Source: Octopus sinensis (taxonomy: Eukaryota). Taken from it: a stretch of 64,000 nucleotides of DNA. Below the pieces are notes generated by a model that was not told where the DNA came from, did no database searches, and saw nothing but the letters and a program-made list of their open reading frames with translations. Location: positions 171,802,001 through 171,866,000 of the forward strand of contig NC_042998.1 in NCBI RefSeq assembly GCF_006345805.1, given 5' to 3'. The position numbers were made by a program, and so were the translations under genes. How positions within the stretch are numbered: the first letter of the stretch is position 1; each line of letters starts with the position of its first letter. Positions 59,431-64,000 of this stretch are shown here, in pieces.

Positions 59431-61850
59431 TACAAAGCAGAGGAACTATGGTGTAACCCACTATGGTGTGGTAAAACTTTCATGCCCTAGTCTAGATTGC
59501 GAATCCTCTGTACCCCAGGATGGTTCAGCTCTCCACCCGTTAAAAGCCACCGTTTACGGAATGAGGATAACAACGTAGCTTTCGTGTCCGTGCAACCGTC
59601 AGTCTATCGCGTGTGGTGGGTGGATCTTCAAGTTGCCACACGCATTCTTCGTAGCTTAGAGTAGGCTCGAATTAGAGATTACTCTTTGTGGCTAATGGCG
59701 TGAGTCCTGACTGGAAGAAGAAGAAGAAGAAGAAGGAGAAGAATATCTTTATTTCTGTTTAAATTTCAAGTTGTTTGGCAATGAGAAGTCCCTGATCGAG
59801 CAGAAGTTTCAACTGTCTTTTTTCTTTTTATTTAGCTTTGTCATTTTGATAATAACTGTGTTATAGAATAACCAGGACGACATTATCCAATGTGTCTTTC
59901 CATTTTTTAAGCTGATAGAGTGCGATTTAGGAGAGATTTCTAAAAGGGTGAACGGTCTTGTAAAGGTTCCCCACCTTGACTCGTTCAAGTTTGCAATAAC
60001 AGCAGCCAAATTATCCTTAGTTTATATCATACCATTTTGAAAAAGAGATGGATTAAATGATTGTAGTCCTGGATATGCAAAGCCCGATCAAGGACGGAAT
60101 GGTCATAACCTGAATGTCATTGGTCACAATCTATTCAGACAGGATTAACCTAGAATTATTACACTCACAGGTCACTAAACATTATGGGTAAATTAATTAA
60201 CGATGAAGACAACTTGATGTGTTGCTGGTTGTCTCCTGTTTGAATATATCTTTAAGGTTGTTACTTAGGGAATGCTACCTCGTGAAAGAGATGTAAATGC
60301 TAGAATGCCATGTGCTCTCTGGTGACAACGAAACAAACTTATTTACCTAAAGTACTGAATTCCTTTTTTTTAGCTAGGGAGTGACAACAAAAAGTATTCT
60401 AAACATTTCATTCACCTATTAAATTTGTTATCAATCGCAGGTGACTGGTCAATCATACAGTCATACTGACGGAACAAGAAATCTTCATGAAGAATATTAA
60501 ATTTCTAACATTAGCCTAGTGGAATGCACGAACTTTCCTGAATGAATTAAATTGCCTGTAAGAAAGGTAGCTATGCCGCTCAATTACTTCTCAATTTATA
60601 TAAACTGTTCTCAGTGACTTGCGATTTCAAGATACTGGTGAAGACTGACGAAAAACATGAGGCTGCTGTTGACGTTACAGTGAGAGTGGCTTTTGATGCC
60701 GAGCTAATTAGGCTTTTAAAGGGCCATAAATTTCCCCTTATCATTTGAAAGGTGGCGATTTGCCACCAACATTATTTGAACTCTAGCCGTAGCCATTTAC
60801 GATTAAATATATGTCAAATTCTGTGAGGAACCTTGCTGTGTCATTTTCCTCTGTCTCACAGGCAAACATTGTTTTCGGTGATTTTATTGAAAGTGAAGTT
60901 CTCTTTTTGTGATGGGGTTTACTGGAAAATACACTAGTCAAATATTCTACTGCTTCAGACTTGTGTTACTTATCATAAACGCAGTTTTAACTCTCAATTG
61001 AAGTACCTGCGTTCCCGACTAAAGTTGATTAAGCCCTTTGTACAGTGCTATCTGCTAGACAGATCCCCGTCATCGTGATCTTATACTTAACATTTCCAAA
61101 ATGAAGAAAGCTACCTACCGACAGTCTTTTTCTAGCATCATGAGAGAACACATGGAATCCACTCCTCTGGGTGAGCTTGATATAATAATATAATAAGGAT
61201 ATCAACTTTCAAAACGCTAATCTTCTACATACGCAGAAGGACTAGTTTGACGGAATATGTGATGCAAACAAGCAAATGGATCCCACTCTACCCCAAAAAA
61301 CATATGTCAATAAAAAAACTGGAATACTGAATTATAGTATACAACCAAAGTATGCATCGCAGTACATGGTCACAGAAAGTAAATTTTAAGGTGTATAGCA
61401 AAATAGAAAGGGCGCGTAGATTACATGGCACTGTCTACAACAGAAAACCCTAAAGTTTAGAGAAATTGTATCTGCAAATTCTCCACTCCACGTTAATGGA
61501 ACGTGAACTGCATTACTAACGTCACGCCAAACACTTGAACTGTTTTCACACTTCACACCTTAGAGATATTAACAAACAAGTGAAAAGACATTCTAAATCT
61601 TAAAAATCATTTACCAGATTTCGTGGCACCATGGGTCGGATGCAATGAATTCTGCAAGGTGTACAGTAGTGTTGCTGCTTTGCAAAGAGGCAAGGGAAAG
61701 TTCAATAAGCGGTAGTGAAGCTGACACTTTTATCAACTGCCAACACACCACTCGTTGATTAATTATTAGAAGATTACTTAATTATCAGAACACACAATCA
61801 AATTATTCGGATGACATGATTAGTCATTATCAAGTCGATAGACATAAAAC

Positions 61851-61861
<11 letters not shown>

Positions 61862-61883
<22 letters not shown>

Positions 61884-62125
61884 CGGTGGCACGTAAAAAG
61901 CACCAACCGATCGTGGCCGCTGCCATCCTCCCCTGGCACCTGTGCCGGTAGCACGTAAAAAGCACCCACTACACTCACTGAGTGGTTGGCGTTAGGAAGG
62001 GCATCCAGCTGTAGAGACACTACCAGATCAGACTTGAATCTGATACAGCCTCCTGGCTTCCCAGACCCCGGTCGAACCGTCCAACCCGTGCTAGCACGGA
62101 AAACGGACGTTAAATGATGATGATA
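61862..62125 (+). mobile_element. RTE family F 3' UTR fragment
   Basis: Starts inside (TG)n at GTGCCGGTGGCAC; ends TAAA(TGA)n. Confidence 0.9.
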
Positions 62126-62437
62126 TATATATATAAAACAAAAACGCGATAGTGGACAATAAAACATTCGGATAGATAGACGATACAATGGCGGACAGGA
62201 GAAACAACAATTAGAAGGACAGGAAAAAAAGATGGATCATTCGTGACCTTCTTTGCTCAGTCAAGTTACCAGAAGTCCTTACTGTTTCAGGCAGCTACAC
62301 TCGAGACAGTTCGATCTCATTGCCTTCAAGAGCATTAGATTTTTTTAAAGAAAGCTAGCGAATGTGTACGGCAACAAAGACAAAAAACGGAGAACATGGT
62401 ATACAATTACAAATACAAACAACAGGAAAATAACAAC

Positions 62438-62468
<31 letters not shown>

Positions 62469-62829
62469 CGTATTTATATATATATAAGACAAGGTATAAA
62501 TAATGGTCATTACATATTATTCCTATTAGAGTAAATTTGGCTTACAACTCTTTTCAGTTGTCATTATAGGTACGCTTCTGAGATGTTTACTCAATTGATC
62601 AGCTGAGAAAAATTGAACGACCTAAAAAAAATTCATATTACTTTCGTCAGAGCCATTTCTGGTTATAACAAAGTAGGACACTGAAGGAATGGTAGTCTCT
62701 TGCAGTCCGAAAAAGACGGTTCTGCTATTTCATGCTGAAGAACCTGTACAAATAATTTGTTTATAGTGATAAAAGGTGTGAGCCGTGCATTAGCTCACAC
62801 CCTCTATCAAATCAACGTTGCCTGAACAG

Positions 62830-62980
62830 GTACACTGTGTACCACACGTCAGGTGTTGAAGTGATCGCAAAGCAACGTGAGATGAAGTTTTTTATTCAGG
62901 AGCGCAACACATCACGCAGTCCAGGAACTGAAACTACGATCTCGCGATCAGGAGTGCAACACCCTAACCACTAGGCCATA
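62830..62980 (-). mobile_element. SINE family D, degenerate
   Basis: GCAACGTGAGATGAAGT..CCAGGAA..GAAAC..CACCCTAACCACTAGGCCA. Confidence 0.65.
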
Positions 62981-63398
62981 TGTATAAGGGTTCAGTCGTT
63001 CACGACTACCATGTGTGTGCAAGCCTGGAGCAAGATTCCTTTTGAGGAAAAATGGCAGGTGTCCATGCATACAAGTATTCTCTCTCCATGACATCAATGT
63101 CTATCCAAAAGAAAGTTCCCCAACTTGGGTGGATACAGCTTCATACCAGTGTCATCAGAAGAATTGTTGTTAGAAAGCAAACAGCTTCTAACTGTTCTGT
63201 CAATCCCCTGCCCTTCATTAATAGTTTTTACCGACTCCAAAATGGCGAAAGGCTAAATTTACCTCAGCAGGATTTGAACTTAGAGTACAGTGTTGACACA
63301 AAAACAGTTAAACATTCTAGCGACTCTAAAAACAAACAAAATAAAGCCAGACATTCTGCAAAGGTTATTATTCTCAGATTTAATATTGTGCCTGTTTC

Positions 63399-63700
63399 TA
63401 AGGCGGCGAGCTGGCAAAAGCGTTAGCACGCCGTATTTCGTCTGCCGTTACGCTCTGAGTTCAAATTCCGTCGAGGTCGACTTTGCCATTCATCCATTCG
63501 GGGTCGATAAATTAAGTACCAGTTACGCTCTGGGGTCGATGTAATCGACTTAATCCGTTCGTCTGTCCTTGTTTGTCCCCTCTATGTTTATCCCCTTGTG
63601 GGCAATAAAGAAATAAAAATCGTTCGCAGGCCGGAAAAATGCTTCGCGGCATTTCTTCCGGCTTTACATTCTAAGTCCAAATGCCGCTGGGGTCGATTAT
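63399..63700 (+). mobile_element. SINE family A monomer (tail A) plus degenerate second head
   Basis: Consensus match 63399-63616, with a short 5' deletion like that of the 5221 copy. Confidence 0.9.
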
Positions 63701-64000
63701 ATACGTCCGAGGTGAACACTGGAGCCAACAAGCTCCATACCCCCAAATTTCAGCCTTTTTGCCTATACAGGCAACGTTCATTATCGGATTGTCATATTAT
63801 CGACAAGATATTTGCGCTTTCTTGAACCATATTCCTGGCAAATGTCTTTCCAGTCTCAAGTGAGGATCGCAGAATAAGAATAGCATTGTTTTTCTTCTTT
63901 TTTCAACCAAAATTCAATGACATTTGCAAGTGATCGGTGTCTACGAGGACGAAACTAAACGAGTTCAATTAAGTTGAAGCTGAAATTATTTTTCTGTTTT

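Noticed and set aside
59900-60160. Recurrent motif GCTAGAAATAGCAGCCAAATC-like (also ~6640, ~32700, ~35300, ~51425)
   Set aside because: Probably a further old dispersed repeat, but too degenerate to delimit or classify by eye.

Overview
AT-rich, microsatellite-dense animal genomic DNA, most likely from an octopus or other cephalopod. That assignment is inferred from the SINE families and the (TA)n/(CA)n load; no database was searched. No intact host protein-coding gene, rRNA, true tRNA or CRISPR array is recognisable. The window is a transposon graveyard: four tRNA-headed SINE families, LINE relics of the Tx1/L1, RTE, CR1 and restriction-like-endonuclease clades, a DD37D (maT) transposon, a pogo relic, MITEs and two Helitron-like elements. 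Main points of interest: (1) a diverged family of RT-less, ORF1(gag)-only Tx1-like elements, analogous to HAL1 'half-L1', that share an unrecognised ~41-aa C-terminal domain and a 3' tail with an autonomous Tx1 LINE and with the main SINE; (2) that SINE inserts as TSD-flanked multimers with a fixed internal junction; (3) five fold-back palindromes cluster at 37.9-46.3 kb; (4) two minimal hammerhead-ribozyme-like motifs; (5) a fold-back element made of two mariner 3' ends around a captured LINE piece; (6) an RTE resembling decapod crustacean RTEs. All alignments were made by eye; coordinates marked ~ are approximate.
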